Positions 15,622 to 23,949 of a stretch of 24,880 nt of DNA are shown in pieces (positions within the stretch are counted from its first letter, which is position 1; the number at the start of each line of letters is the position of its first letter). Source of the stretch: a virus (taxonomy: Duplodnaviria > Caudoviricetes); the IMG/VR virus record IMGVR_UViG_3300030620_000020, positions 1-24,880 of that record. One strand, 5' to 3'. Position numbers and translations under genes: made by a program. The notes under the pieces were generated by a model. That model saw only the letters and a program-made list of their open reading frames with translations. It ran no database searches and was not told the DNA's origin.

Positions 15622-17355
15622 TTACTGAATATCCCAGGCGGACGGGAACGGCTCCCAGTCCTGCCCGTGCCCGCCGGTCAATCCGGTCCGCGCGCGGATC
15701 CATTCCGCTTCGGGATCGGGTTCCGCTTGCGCTTCGTTGAGCGCCCGGGCGGCGGCCCGGATTTTCTCGAGCTCATACATCCGCAGCGCTTCGGCCGCAA
15801 CTTCCGCATCCTTTAATAGAGGCGCCAGCGTCCCGCCGATCTTCCAGGCGAGCGCGGAGACAAACAGCGCGTCGAACTGAGCCGGATCGGTGATCTTCCG
15901 CGTGTATTCCACCTGCACCTCATCGCCTTCCTCCGCGCCCAAGCCCGGCCAGTCGGTATAGAGAAACGCGCCGTTGAACACTTTCGACCAGGTCGTGAAG
16001 GCCGTATCGAGCACCCCCGCAGCCACCGTGCGGTCCGGAGTCCCGCGGACGACGGTCGTCCCATCGAACGCCTCGATCGTCACCGTCACCGAATCCGGCC
16101 CCAGACGCATCCGGATCCCGTGGCCGACATCGGTCGACGCGAAAAACGCCGCGCTCGCGGTGATTTCGATTTCTCCGGGTGTCGCCGTGGTCGCGAGCGT
16201 CATCGTGATCGCCGTCGCGTTCGGCCGCTCATGCCCGCCGCGGATCTGCCACGGCTCGGGACTTGTATCCCGCCGTCCCGCGCCGGTGACGATGCGCCGG
16301 ATGGTGACCGAGTCGTGCGGAATCCGGTAGGCGAAGGTCCAGTCGTCGTTGACCGGATCTCCGGATTCCCCGTCCACGAGCTCCAGCTCCGCATAGCCCC
16401 CGGCAAACGGCCAGGGGAAATCCCGGAGGACCTGGTCGCGCTCGTCGGCGAAGTTCAGTCTCGGGAACACCGCTTCGACGCCGGCGTCGAGCCGCACGCC
16501 GATCCGCGTCAAGGCGAGCTGCAGGATTTGGCGCACCCGGGCGCCGGTTTCTCCGGTCGCCGTTTCATGCTGGCCTTCCGCCGCGGCCCGGGTCATCGCG
16601 GCCTGGCGTTCCGCGGCGTATTGCTCCAGGCAATGCTTGGCTTGCTCGGGCATGCGCGAGAGCGGCGCCGCCAGTTGCGCGCCGAGTCTCCAGGCGAGCA
16701 TCGAGACAAAGACGCTGTCGAATTCCTCCGGCTCGACACCCCGGAAGGTGTACTCGATCGACGGAGAGGCTTCATCGGTGAAAAGCAAGCGTCCGGATCG
16801 AAAGACCGTCCCTCCGGACGTGTAGGCGCTGTGACTGGATCCGTCTTCCCCGGAGAGCTCGAAGGTGTCCGCGGTTTTATTCGCGACCGTGAAGACGCGG
16901 TTGTTGAGCTGGGTCATCCCGGCAACGCCGGAGATAAAGACCACGTCGTTGTTCGAGAGTCCATGCGCCACCGCGGTAATCACGACGGGATTGGCAGCCG
17001 TCGCCCCCGTGATCGTCTTCGTCACGCCGGCGCCGTCTCGTCCGATCGCAAACGGCGGCGGATCGGTTTGTTGCCGGCCGAGCGAGGTCACAATGCGCCG
17101 GACCGCCAGACAATCCGGGGGGTAGCGGTAGCTGAAGCCCCAGTCGCTATTGGGATCCGTGCCCACCAAGGTCAGCGCGCCGTACTTCCGCGCCCACGGC
17201 CAGGGGAAGTCGCGTAAGACGTAATCGCGCTCATCATCGAAGATGAGCCGCGCGGAGAGGGCTTCGGTGGTCGTATCGGTGTCGGCGTCCTCCAACTGCT
17301 GCTGGACGCCCAGCCGGAGCAGGGCGAGATTCACGATTTGGGTTTTTGTGGCCAT
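15622..17355 (-). CDS. Tail tubular protein A / adaptor, 577 aa; tandem duplication with two inserted beta domains
   Basis: Start MATKTQIVNLAL (TAATG overlap). Two copies of QI..LAL.R.G..DERD.VLRDFPWP.A..W.F.YR.P.D...RRIVT..EYT..FD..FVS.LAW. Confidence 0.9.
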   Translation of the reverse strand: MATKTQIVNLALLRLGVQQQLEDADTDTTTEALSARLIFDDERDYVLRDFPWPWARKYGALTLVGTDPNSDWGFSYRYPPDCLAVRRIVTSLGRQQTDPPPFAIGRDGAGVTKTITGATAANPVVITAVAHGLSNNDVVFISGVAGMTQLNNRVFTVANKTADTFELSGEDGSSHSAYTSGGTVFRSGRLLFTDEASPSIEYTFRGVEPEEFDSVFVSMLAWRLGAQLAAPLSRMPEQAKHCLEQYAAERQAAMTRAAAEGQHETATGETGARVRQILQLALTRIGVRLDAGVEAVFPRLNFADERDQVLRDFPWPFAGGYAELELVDGESGDPVNDDWTFAYRIPHDSVTIRRIVTGAGRRDTSPEPWQIRGGHERPNATAITMTLATTATPGEIEITASAAFFASTDVGHGIRMRLGPDSVTVTIEAFDGTTVVRGTPDRTVAAGVLDTAFTTWSKVFNGAFLYTDWPGLGAEEGDEVQVEYTRKITDPAQFDALFVSALAWKIGGTLAPLLKDAEVAAEALRMYELEKIRAAARALNEAQAEPDPEAEWIRARTGLTGGHGQDWEPFPSAWDIQ

Positions 17356-18224
17356 TACAGGTTTCGTCCTTTGATGAAACTGAAATCGGGATTCGACGCC
17401 ACGCCGCCGCAAGCCGTATCGCTCAACATGCCGATTCGCCCGCTGGCTAAGGGCGAGTTATCCAAGTGCGAGAGCGTGACCCCGCCCGCAAACCCCTGGA
17501 CCCGGGCGCCCGAGCCCTCCACTTCCGCAGTAATCCGCAACGTGATCCCTTTGGCGAGATCCCGGCCCGCGATGGAGGCGGACGTCAGTACCGATCGCGT
17601 CCCGCCGCTGCGCTTGATTAAGCGGAACCAGATCAGGTTGGCGCCGTTCTCGCAGGTCCCTCCCGCCGGGTTGCCGTTGTAGACCCGCGCCGTGAACGCA
17701 TAGCACGACGAACTCCCGAAGCCCGCACCCGCACACCGTACCGCCGCACCCACTTCCCGGTAGCCCGGGTTGCCCGACGTGGTGAAGTTGTTGACCTTGT
17801 TGTAGACCACGGCGGCTTCTTGATTAAGAGCCGATCCGCACGCATCGACGGTTTTATAGATCATCCCCGCCCCGGTGGCGATCGCCAGGCCTCCGCTGAT
17901 GGTGAATCCGCCGAGGTTCGTGTAGTCCCCGGGCACCGTAAAACTTCCGCCAATGCAGCCTTCCCAGTCTTCCGTGCATTCCACTTCGGGACACTCGGGA
18001 CATTCCGCGCAGTGGCACTCTCCAGGAATGTAGCGTTGCTGCATGGCCAAGGCGATGCCATCCCGGCGCGTGTTCGAGAGCTCCCGCGCTAAGATTTGCT
18101 GCCGTCCATAGACGACGTACAGTTGCCGTCCGCAACCGCCCCGGTTGTTCATGGCCCGCGCCATGGCATGCCGGCGGGAGGCCGACCGGGTCGCGCGGTT
18201 GCGGTTATCCGCCAGAACTTTCAT
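17355..18224 (-). CDS. 289-aa putative virion appendage: Arg-rich N-terminus, Cys-rich linker, C-terminal ConA/lectin-like beta domain
   Basis: RBS GGAGGA; ECHCAECPECPEVEC; GAAVR..CYAF..FRLIKRSGGTRSVL..LDNSPLASGRIGM. Confidence 0.75.
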   Translation of the reverse strand: MKVLADNRNRATRSASRRHAMARAMNNRGGCGRQLYVVYGRQQILARELSNTRRDGIALAMQQRYIPGECHCAECPECPEVECTEDWEGCIGGSFTVPGDYTNLGGFTISGGLAIATGAGMIYKTVDACGSALNQEAAVVYNKVNNFTTSGNPGYREVGAAVRCAGAGFGSSSCYAFTARVYNGNPAGGTCENGANLIWFRLIKRSGGTRSVLTSASIAGRDLAKGITLRITAEVEGSGARVQGFAGGVTLSHLDNSPLASGRIGMLSDTACGGVASNPDFSFIKGRNL

Positions 18225-18226
18225 GG

Positions 18227-18367
18227 TTAAGCCCGTCCTCCCAATCGCCGGCGCCGGCGCCAGACGGCCAGATAGGCTCCGGAGGGGGCTTCCTCGGCCT
18301 CGGCCTTGCCGCTGAAATCCCGCGCGCGGCTATTGCCCAGGCCGCCATATCCGAGCACGCGGCGCAT
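18227..18367 (-). CDS. 46-aa basic microprotein (not in the ORF track)
   Basis: MRRVLGYGGLGNSRARDFSGKAEAEEAPSGAYLAVWRRRRRLGGRA*; TAATG overlap upstream; stop 2 nt before the next ATG. Confidence 0.7.
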   Translation of the reverse strand: MRRVLGYGGLGNSRARDFSGKAEAEEAPSGAYLAVWRRRRRLGGRA

Positions 18368-18516
18368 TACCCTTTATCCTTCTGGTTTTGGTAGCGCCGC
18401 AGCCCGGCCTGACGGTCTTCCCGTTTCCGGAACCGCCGGTAGGCCCGGGGCCAGAGATGCGCATAGAGCGCCCCGCCCATCAGTCCGGCCGCCAACGCGA
18501 GAATCAAGTCTTCCAT
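18367..18516 (-). CDS. 49-aa single-pass membrane microprotein (not in the ORF track)
   Basis: MEDLILALAAGLMGGALYAHLWPRAYRRFRKREDRQAGLRRYQNQKDKG*; hydrophobic N-terminus and basic tail; tiles the gap. Confidence 0.65.
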   Translation of the reverse strand: MEDLILALAAGLMGGALYAHLWPRAYRRFRKREDRQAGLRRYQNQKDKG

Positions 18517-18526
18517 GGCATTTCCA

Positions 18527-19720
18527 TCAATGAATCACGAAGAACACATCGTCGGCCGGCGCTTCGGTGAGCGCCTCGACGGTGAAGGTTTGCGTGGCGC
18601 CCGTGTAGTCGGTGATGGCGGTTTGCTGGCCCGCGAGCGCCCCGGTCAAGAACGTGATGAGCCGTCCGATGAAGTGATCGTCGGTCGCCTCGGTGAATCC
18701 ATCCGCCACGAAGGTGGTTGTGGTCGCGCCGGCATCATTGACCTGGGCGACCAGGATGCCGTCCATGAGCGCTTCCAGCCGGTCGGCGGCCGTGGCGTCT
18801 CCGGAGATGGCCAGCAGATCGGATTTCATGTGGCCGCCTGCGGTCAGCGCGGCCGGTACTCGCCCGGGAACATCCGCATCCGCAAGCGTTTGCAAATTGG
18901 TCGCCGCTGTACCGTTCGATTTAATCGCGTCAACATCAGCGATGATACGGCCCGCCGATACTGAAGGGGGCGTCCCGCCGAGCCACAACCTCACATCCGC
19001 AGCGCCGAACGGGACGACCGTGTAGGTGCTCGTCGCGTCCGGAGACTCACTCCAATCCGGACTCACCGTCGCGAGTTTCGATACGGTGTTGTAGTTCGTA
19101 ATCAACCGAGTTTGCCCAACTCCTGTGCTTCCCGTGATAAACACCACGGCCCCTTTTAGGTCGTTCGCGGGCGCGCCAGCTCGTAACGTAATTGTGCTTA
19201 CGGCTCCTGCTTGCGCCGTTCCCGCATCGATTTGGAAGTTGGCGAAATAATCGGCGGCAAACTTCGCGGCGGTAAGCGCGCCTGCAGCAATTTTACCGGC
19301 GGTGACCGCCCCATCAACGAGTGTGCCGATCTCCGATAGTCCTAGATCCACCGCATTCTCAGCATCGTAGTCCACGAGGCGGACCCGTCCGCCAATTACC
19401 ACCATGCCCGTCACGGTCCCACCGACGTCCACATAGTTAGCCCCAGTGGCGAACGCGGCGTCGGGCAGGTCCAGCCGGTATTCCCCGTCGCTGATGTGCA
19501 GGAATCCGCCGTCCGCGTGCGCGTCGTCGAGTGCGGGTGTTGCTAAATCCGCCTCGGTGATGGCGATTCGCAACCCGCCTTCCCGCCGGTACCACAGATC
19601 GATTCCGGCTGAATCGAAAACGACGCCGGTTTCGGGTGTGCCGTCGGCCGAGTCGATAATCCGGATCGTAACCGAACGGTCCGTCGATCCTTTCTTGACG
19701 ATGTCTAAAAGTGCTGCCAT
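18527..19720 (-). CDS. 397-aa putative fibre/appendage protein with two related beta-repeat domains
   Basis: N-terminal KKGSTDRSV.IRIIDS..G.YRLDLPDAAFA.GA domain; two copies of G....F.TG...GQ...IT.Y......TV....E.P......V; structural-operon context. Confidence 0.8.
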   Translation of the reverse strand: MAALLDIVKKGSTDRSVTIRIIDSADGTPETGVVFDSAGIDLWYRREGGLRIAITEADLATPALDDAHADGGFLHISDGEYRLDLPDAAFATGANYVDVGGTVTGMVVIGGRVRLVDYDAENAVDLGLSEIGTLVDGAVTAGKIAAGALTAAKFAADYFANFQIDAGTAQAGAVSTITLRAGAPANDLKGAVVFITGSTGVGQTRLITNYNTVSKLATVSPDWSESPDATSTYTVVPFGAADVRLWLGGTPPSVSAGRIIADVDAIKSNGTAATNLQTLADADVPGRVPAALTAGGHMKSDLLAISGDATAADRLEALMDGILVAQVNDAGATTTTFVADGFTEATDDHFIGRLITFLTGALAGQQTAITDYTGATQTFTVEALTEAPADDVFFVIH

Positions 19721-19723
19721 GAC

Positions 19724-20947
19724 TTAACTCGCGTACTGCATCATGTGCGGGAGGATCGTGCCGCCCGGCGCTAAATCTTCCGCCGCGAAGTCATCGACGG
19801 CCACTCGATCGCTCCCGCCGCCGCTGAAAATATAAAGTCCGGTGCGGACTTGCCCGGAAAAGGTTTCGTCCGTGATGCTGTCCTGTTCCACGCCGTCGAG
19901 ATACGACTTGAGCGTCGACCCGTCGACTTCTGTTTTGACGACTTCGCCCACAACGACCGTGCTCACGATGGGGTCTCCCAAATCGGAGCGCGTGCCCGCG
20001 GTGGTCTTTCGCAGCCTGACGTAGGAATTGCTATCATCAATCGCGTTGACCCAATTGCGTTGGGCCATATAGCTTGAATTCGCGGCAGCGTCGAAACGCG
20101 CACACGCGCCCCACTGCCGGGAACTGGTAGCGCTCAACACAATCACCGCAGTTTCTCCGGCAACGCTGTGATCGTCGCCCGCTAGATCCTGTTCCGCCCG
20201 TGCGTATCCAGCCGTTGTGCCGACCTGCCTCCATGTCTCGTCCTGAATCTCGGTATTGTTTAAGACTTCAGCCCATTGCCAGGTTCCGGCGCCGCCGTTT
20301 AACGTTTTGCCGGTATCCAGTGCATTCAAATCCGTGTCGTCGGCGCGGTTAAACGAATCACCGATCGAGGTGCTGCGAGCGAGCTTGCCTTCGTCTTCGA
20401 GGTCCGGCGGGATGAAGTGCTGATAGGGCACGCGGTACTTGTGCTCCCACCAGTCGAGCCTCTTTTTGTAGAACTCGGAACCGCGGGCGAGATCGAATTC
20501 ACGTTGAGCCCGGTACTGAGCTTGGATGCGCGTCTGCACTTCGGCTCCGCGCTCGTGGTTCAGAATTTCGAAAGCTTCTGAGCGGACCAAGCCAATTCCG
20601 CCTCCCAGCCGCAATTCCAGAATGCGCTTCATGGTCGGCATCAACGCGCTGCGGTACCAGAGCCAATCGTGGATGCGCGATTCGTTGATTGTCCAACCAT
20701 AGGTGTCGCTGATCGCGCGTTTCTGCGTCGAGGTCAGCAGCGCGGTGGGATCGTCGCCAAGCCGGATGCCGAAGCCGGGATCTAGGTCGTAGACAAACAG
20801 GCCCGGCCCCGTCTCGATACCCGGACTCGCACACTGGGCATGGGTCCGCAGATCGAGCGCAACGCGGCCGCCCGCCGGTGCGGTCCAGTGCGGATCGCCC
20901 GGTACGGCCAGCGTTTCCCACCACCAATTGGACAAGATTAATAACAC
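19724..20947 (-). CDS. 407-aa putative virion appendage with a C-terminal ConA/lectin-like domain
   Basis: GTG directly after the upstream TAA; DSFNRADD..GACAR..VRLRKTTAGTRSDLG..GSTLKSYLDG..TGLY..VDDFAAEDL. Confidence 0.78.
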   Translation of the reverse strand: MLLILSNWWWETLAVPGDPHWTAPAGGRVALDLRTHAQCASPGIETGPGLFVYDLDPGFGIRLGDDPTALLTSTQKRAISDTYGWTINESRIHDWLWYRSALMPTMKRILELRLGGGIGLVRSEAFEILNHERGAEVQTRIQAQYRAQREFDLARGSEFYKKRLDWWEHKYRVPYQHFIPPDLEDEGKLARSTSIGDSFNRADDTDLNALDTGKTLNGGAGTWQWAEVLNNTEIQDETWRQVGTTAGYARAEQDLAGDDHSVAGETAVIVLSATSSRQWGACARFDAAANSSYMAQRNWVNAIDDSNSYVRLRKTTAGTRSDLGDPIVSTVVVGEVVKTEVDGSTLKSYLDGVEQDSITDETFSGQVRTGLYIFSGGGSDRVAVDDFAAEDLAPGGTILPHMMQYAS

Positions 20948-21298
20948 TTACCGCCTCGCCAACAAGGCCACATCGAGCAACGTGGCGCCGTCCCCCGCGG
21001 TCACGTGCGGGCGCACGAACCGCGTGATTTCCATGACGGCGAAGATGCCCGCCGCCGTCACCGCCAGATCCGCGCCGAACGGATCGCGCAGCAGCGCCCA
21101 GTTCGTGCCGTCATTGGACCCTTCAAGCGACAAGGTCCCGCCCGCCCCGAAGGTCCCCGAGACCTGGACCGAGCGGTCCGACCAGGACGATTGCGGGAAC
21201 GGCGCTCCGGTGTCGCCGGTCGCGAGGTCCGTCCATTGGGCCAGGCTTGAGCTTTCGCCGAAGTCGACGATGCGGGACACGGTGAGCGGTTGTTCCAT
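20948..21298 (-). CDS. 116-aa small beta-sandwich virion protein
   Basis: SVQVSGTFGAGGTLSLEGSNDGTNW...RFVRP motif, typical of small phage structural proteins. Confidence 0.8.
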   Translation of the reverse strand: MEQPLTVSRIVDFGESSSLAQWTDLATGDTGAPFPQSSWSDRSVQVSGTFGAGGTLSLEGSNDGTNWALLRDPFGADLAVTAAGIFAVMEITRFVRPHVTAGDGATLLDVALLARR

Positions 21299-21305
21299 TG
21301 TTCAC

Positions 21306-22175
21306 CTACGCGGTATTGGGACGGATGGAGACGGCTCCAATTGCCCAATTGTCCGACGTCATCCCCCAACTCATGGTGACGCTTCCGGCGGCCCCCGGCT
21401 CCGTACTCGATGCCCCATAGGGAGCCAGCGTCACTAACGGCTCCTGGCCGCGTTCGGTCTGGCCTGGGCCCACAGAAGGCAGGTCGGCCGCAAAGAGCGA
21501 ATCGACAACGAAGTCCCCGATCGCACTTGCGACGGTAACCGATGGCGCGCCCGACGACGCCCCGGCACTCGCTGCGGTGCGCAGCGGCGTCGTCTGATGC
21601 ACGCCGCTGAAGGTATGGGCAAACGTCTGGATTCCATCGTCGGGTAGTGTGTCGAAGCTGACTGCGATGGGTACAGCGCCGCCAACCGGCGGATTGACGA
21701 AGTACCACATGTCGCATTTGAACGTCCCCGCTCCGGCCTCGGCCTCCGCGCCAGGAACCTGCGTGGCGCCCACTCCATCCACAGTCACGCCCGTGACCGA
21801 CCGCTCGGTGAAACTGGATTCCCAGACAATACAGATAATCAGCAGCCGGTCCGCCACGTCGGGCACGTTGTGGGTGAAGTCAATGGACGTCCCGGTGTCC
21901 TCGCCTGTGGTGGTGTTCTCATACTGGACTTGCGCCGGATTGCCGCCTCCGTCCACCGGCAGCCCGGCGCCTTCGGCAAATCCCGCGAGCTTGAACAGGT
22001 TTTTCAGGGTGTTGATTTCCCCATGCACGACGGCGAATTCGGCTTCGGCGTCCGCTTTAAGTGTCGCGAGCGAGGTGTCGTCGAGCGCCGCGGCGGAGGT
22101 GTCGGCCGGGACGGGCTGGGGCGGGATCGCCTCCCGGATATCCCCTGCGGTGACGTGATGCGTGCGGAGCTTCAC
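21306..22175 (-). CDS. 289-aa putative virion decoration protein (short helical N-terminus plus Gly/Ser/Thr-rich beta domain)
   Basis: GGAGG RBS, GTGA overlap; FTHNV...DRLLIICIV..VTGVT.DG...FSGVHQTTP. Confidence 0.75.
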   Translation of the reverse strand: MKLRTHHVTAGDIREAIPPQPVPADTSAAALDDTSLATLKADAEAEFAVVHGEINTLKNLFKLAGFAEGAGLPVDGGGNPAQVQYENTTTGEDTGTSIDFTHNVPDVADRLLIICIVWESSFTERSVTGVTVDGVGATQVPGAEAEAGAGTFKCDMWYFVNPPVGGAVPIAVSFDTLPDDGIQTFAHTFSGVHQTTPLRTAASAGASSGAPSVTVASAIGDFVVDSLFAADLPSVGPGQTERGQEPLVTLAPYGASSTEPGAAGSVTMSWGMTSDNWAIGAVSIRPNTA

Positions 22176-22639
22176 CGCCGGACCTCCAGCGCCACGGTGA
22201 ACTGCTCCTCCGAGACGGGCGTATAGGCATTCCGCGCGACGAGCACGCCGTAGAGCGCGGGTTGCGCGGCGAGGATCACGCCCGCGCCCACCGACGCCGC
22301 GGCATTGCCGGCCGCTCCCGCGCCCGCATTGACAGCCTTGAACTGATCCGAGCCGAATTCCACGATCCCCACCAGCTTTTCGAGCTCGGCGTCCGTTGGG
22401 GCAAAGGCCGCGTTGTCGGCCGCCACGGTCGGCGCTTCGGTAAAGAGGTAGAGTTCGAGATCCGGCTTCGTCGCTTGGTTGGCCGAGCTGATGCAGGCCG
22501 CGCCCTCGATGCGCGCCCCCTGGTCGTGGTACCGGGGAAGGGGCTCAAACGTCAGGAGCTCCCCGACCACATCCCCGTCGGCGTATTGGGTCGTGTCCGC
22601 CGGGCGCGTCACGGAGGCGGTAATCCGTGCCGCAAACAT
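22172..22639 (-). CDS. 155-aa conserved phage structural beta protein
   Basis: TRPADTTQYADGDVVG..LELYLF...ADNAAF...LYGVLVARNAYTPVS; TGATG overlap. Confidence 0.8.
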   Translation of the reverse strand: MFAARITASVTRPADTTQYADGDVVGELLTFEPLPRYHDQGARIEGAACISSANQATKPDLELYLFTEAPTVAADNAAFAPTDAELEKLVGIVEFGSDQFKAVNAGAGAAGNAAASVGAGVILAAQPALYGVLVARNAYTPVSEEQFTVALEVRR

Positions 22640-22944
22640 CAGATCGCCTCACCGCTGCGCGGGGCTCCGAGCGCGCCGCTGCGCAACGCTTCCGATTCCG
22701 CATCGAGCGCGCGCTGAGCCCCGTTGACTTCTGCGGGCGTTTCGCGCGCCGAAGCGTCCACGCGCTCCATCCATTCCTCACTGAAGTGTTTCGGGGTTTT
22801 CAAGGTGAAGACCGCGCCTTCTCTGCGCCGTTGCAGGCCGTAATAGCCAATCCGGCCGTCCTTCACCCGCACGCGCAGCGGCCCCTCCGCGGGCCGGCGG
22901 GCGGGCGGGTTGTCCGGTTCACCTGTCTTTTTCTTTGTTGCCAT
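22639..22944 (-). CDS. 101-aa small head-associated protein
   Basis: GGAGG 8 nt before ATG 22944; GYYG..RRREG.VF...FSEEWMERV motif, as commonly seen after capsid/cement genes. Confidence 0.75.
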   Translation of the reverse strand: MATKKKTGEPDNPPARRPAEGPLRVRVKDGRIGYYGLQRRREGAVFTLKTPKHFSEEWMERVDASARETPAEVNGAQRALDAESEALRSGALGAPRSGEAI

Positions 22945-22966
22945 AAGCGGCCCCTCCGCGGGCCGG
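22877..22966 (-). repeat. Exact 21-bp direct repeat containing an RBS hairpin
   Basis: AGCGGCCCCTCCGCGGGCCGG at 22877-22897 and 22946-22966 (+ strand), 69 nt apart and in frame (RPAEGPL). Confidence 0.9.
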
Positions 22967-23007
22967 GGGTCCGGCGGGCTTGTGGTCACCCGCCGGGGGA
23001 TTCAGGT
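22945..23007 (-). promoter_or_regulatory. Intergenic double hairpin: GC stem followed by an SD-in-loop hairpin
   Basis: Minus strand CCGGCGGG-10nt-CCCGCCGG (22996-22971), then GGCCC-GCGGAG-GGGCC-GCTT-ATG. Confidence 0.6.
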
Positions 23008-23949
23008 TTAGCGGTACGCGTACGCGGCGAAATGCGCCACGTCGATGCTCTTCACCGCCGCGCTGGTCGAGGCGAGATAGAGCACCGGGCTGCACTCTTC
23101 GTCGACGTCCAGCGCCGCAGCAATCTGCGTGATCTGGACTTTGTTCGCGAAACAGGTCATGACGCCCGCCGCGGAGATTTCCACCCGGAGGCGGATATCG
23201 GTCGCGGCCGCGGGCATATCCTGCCCGGTGTCCACACCCGCCGCCGTCGTCGCAATCGATGCCGCTTCGTCGCTCTTGTTGTGCGGCGCGAAGAGCCGGT
23301 CGCCGTCCGTCAAGCCGACGTCCATGAACAGCCCGGCCAGGTCGTCCTGGACGAGGGTTAAGGTCGTGGTGGCGCCCGTGATGGCTTCCACGAGTCCGTC
23401 CGCGGCCGTTCCCAGGAATCCGCAGAACAGCGCCCGGAGTGTGATCGCCGAGACGTTCGTGAAGAGCGTATCGAGGACCAGGAGTTGATGCTGGTCCGGC
23501 TGCATGACCCCGGCGCGCATGCCGACCGCCGCGACTTTCGTGTCCGCGGCGTTGGCGGTTAACCGGGCGCGCCGGCCGCCTTCCCCGGCGGCCTGGACCA
23601 CGAGCCCGGAATCGGTTTCGACGATCCCATCGCCGAAGACGCGCAATCCGGAACCGGGAATGACGGCCTCCGCATCGGTATTGGCGTCCGCTTTCCCGGC
23701 GCCGTCCCGGAAATCGGTGTGCACGCCAAACAACGGCCGTTGATCGAAGCCCACGGGGGTGTAATAGGGGCTCCCGAGCGTGCCTTCGTTGCAGAACAGC
23801 ACGCCGTTCAACGTGTCGAACAGAAAGTTCCCCGGCTCGACATACCCGACCAGCGTGCCGTTGGTGCCGCTGGAGGGCGCGCCCTCGAATTGCAGGACGC
23901 GCGGAGACTCGCCCACGTAGGGCGGAATATACGGTTGATGGGTACGCAT
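23008..23949 (-). CDS. 313-aa putative head decoration/fibre protein
   Basis: RBS AAGGAGG; N-terminal GAP..G..GT..G...PG....DT.NG.L..N.GT..SP motif; beta-rich C-terminal domain; directly after the cement gene. Confidence 0.8.
   Translation of the reverse strand: MRTHQPYIPPYVGESPRVLQFEGAPSSGTNGTLVGYVEPGNFLFDTLNGVLFCNEGTLGSPYYTPVGFDQRPLFGVHTDFRDGAGKADANTDAEAVIPGSGLRVFGDGIVETDSGLVVQAAGEGGRRARLTANAADTKVAAVGMRAGVMQPDQHQLLVLDTLFTNVSAITLRALFCGFLGTAADGLVEAITGATTTLTLVQDDLAGLFMDVGLTDGDRLFAPHNKSDEAASIATTAAGVDTGQDMPAAATDIRLRVEISAAGVMTCFANKVQITQIAAALDVDEECSPVLYLASTSAAVKSIDVAHFAAYAYR

Noticed and set aside
17355-20947. BPP-1-type diversity-generating retroelement acting on the lectin-like genes
   Set aside because: No reverse transcriptase and no template/variable repeat pair seen in this window. 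One elsewhere in the genome cannot be excluded.
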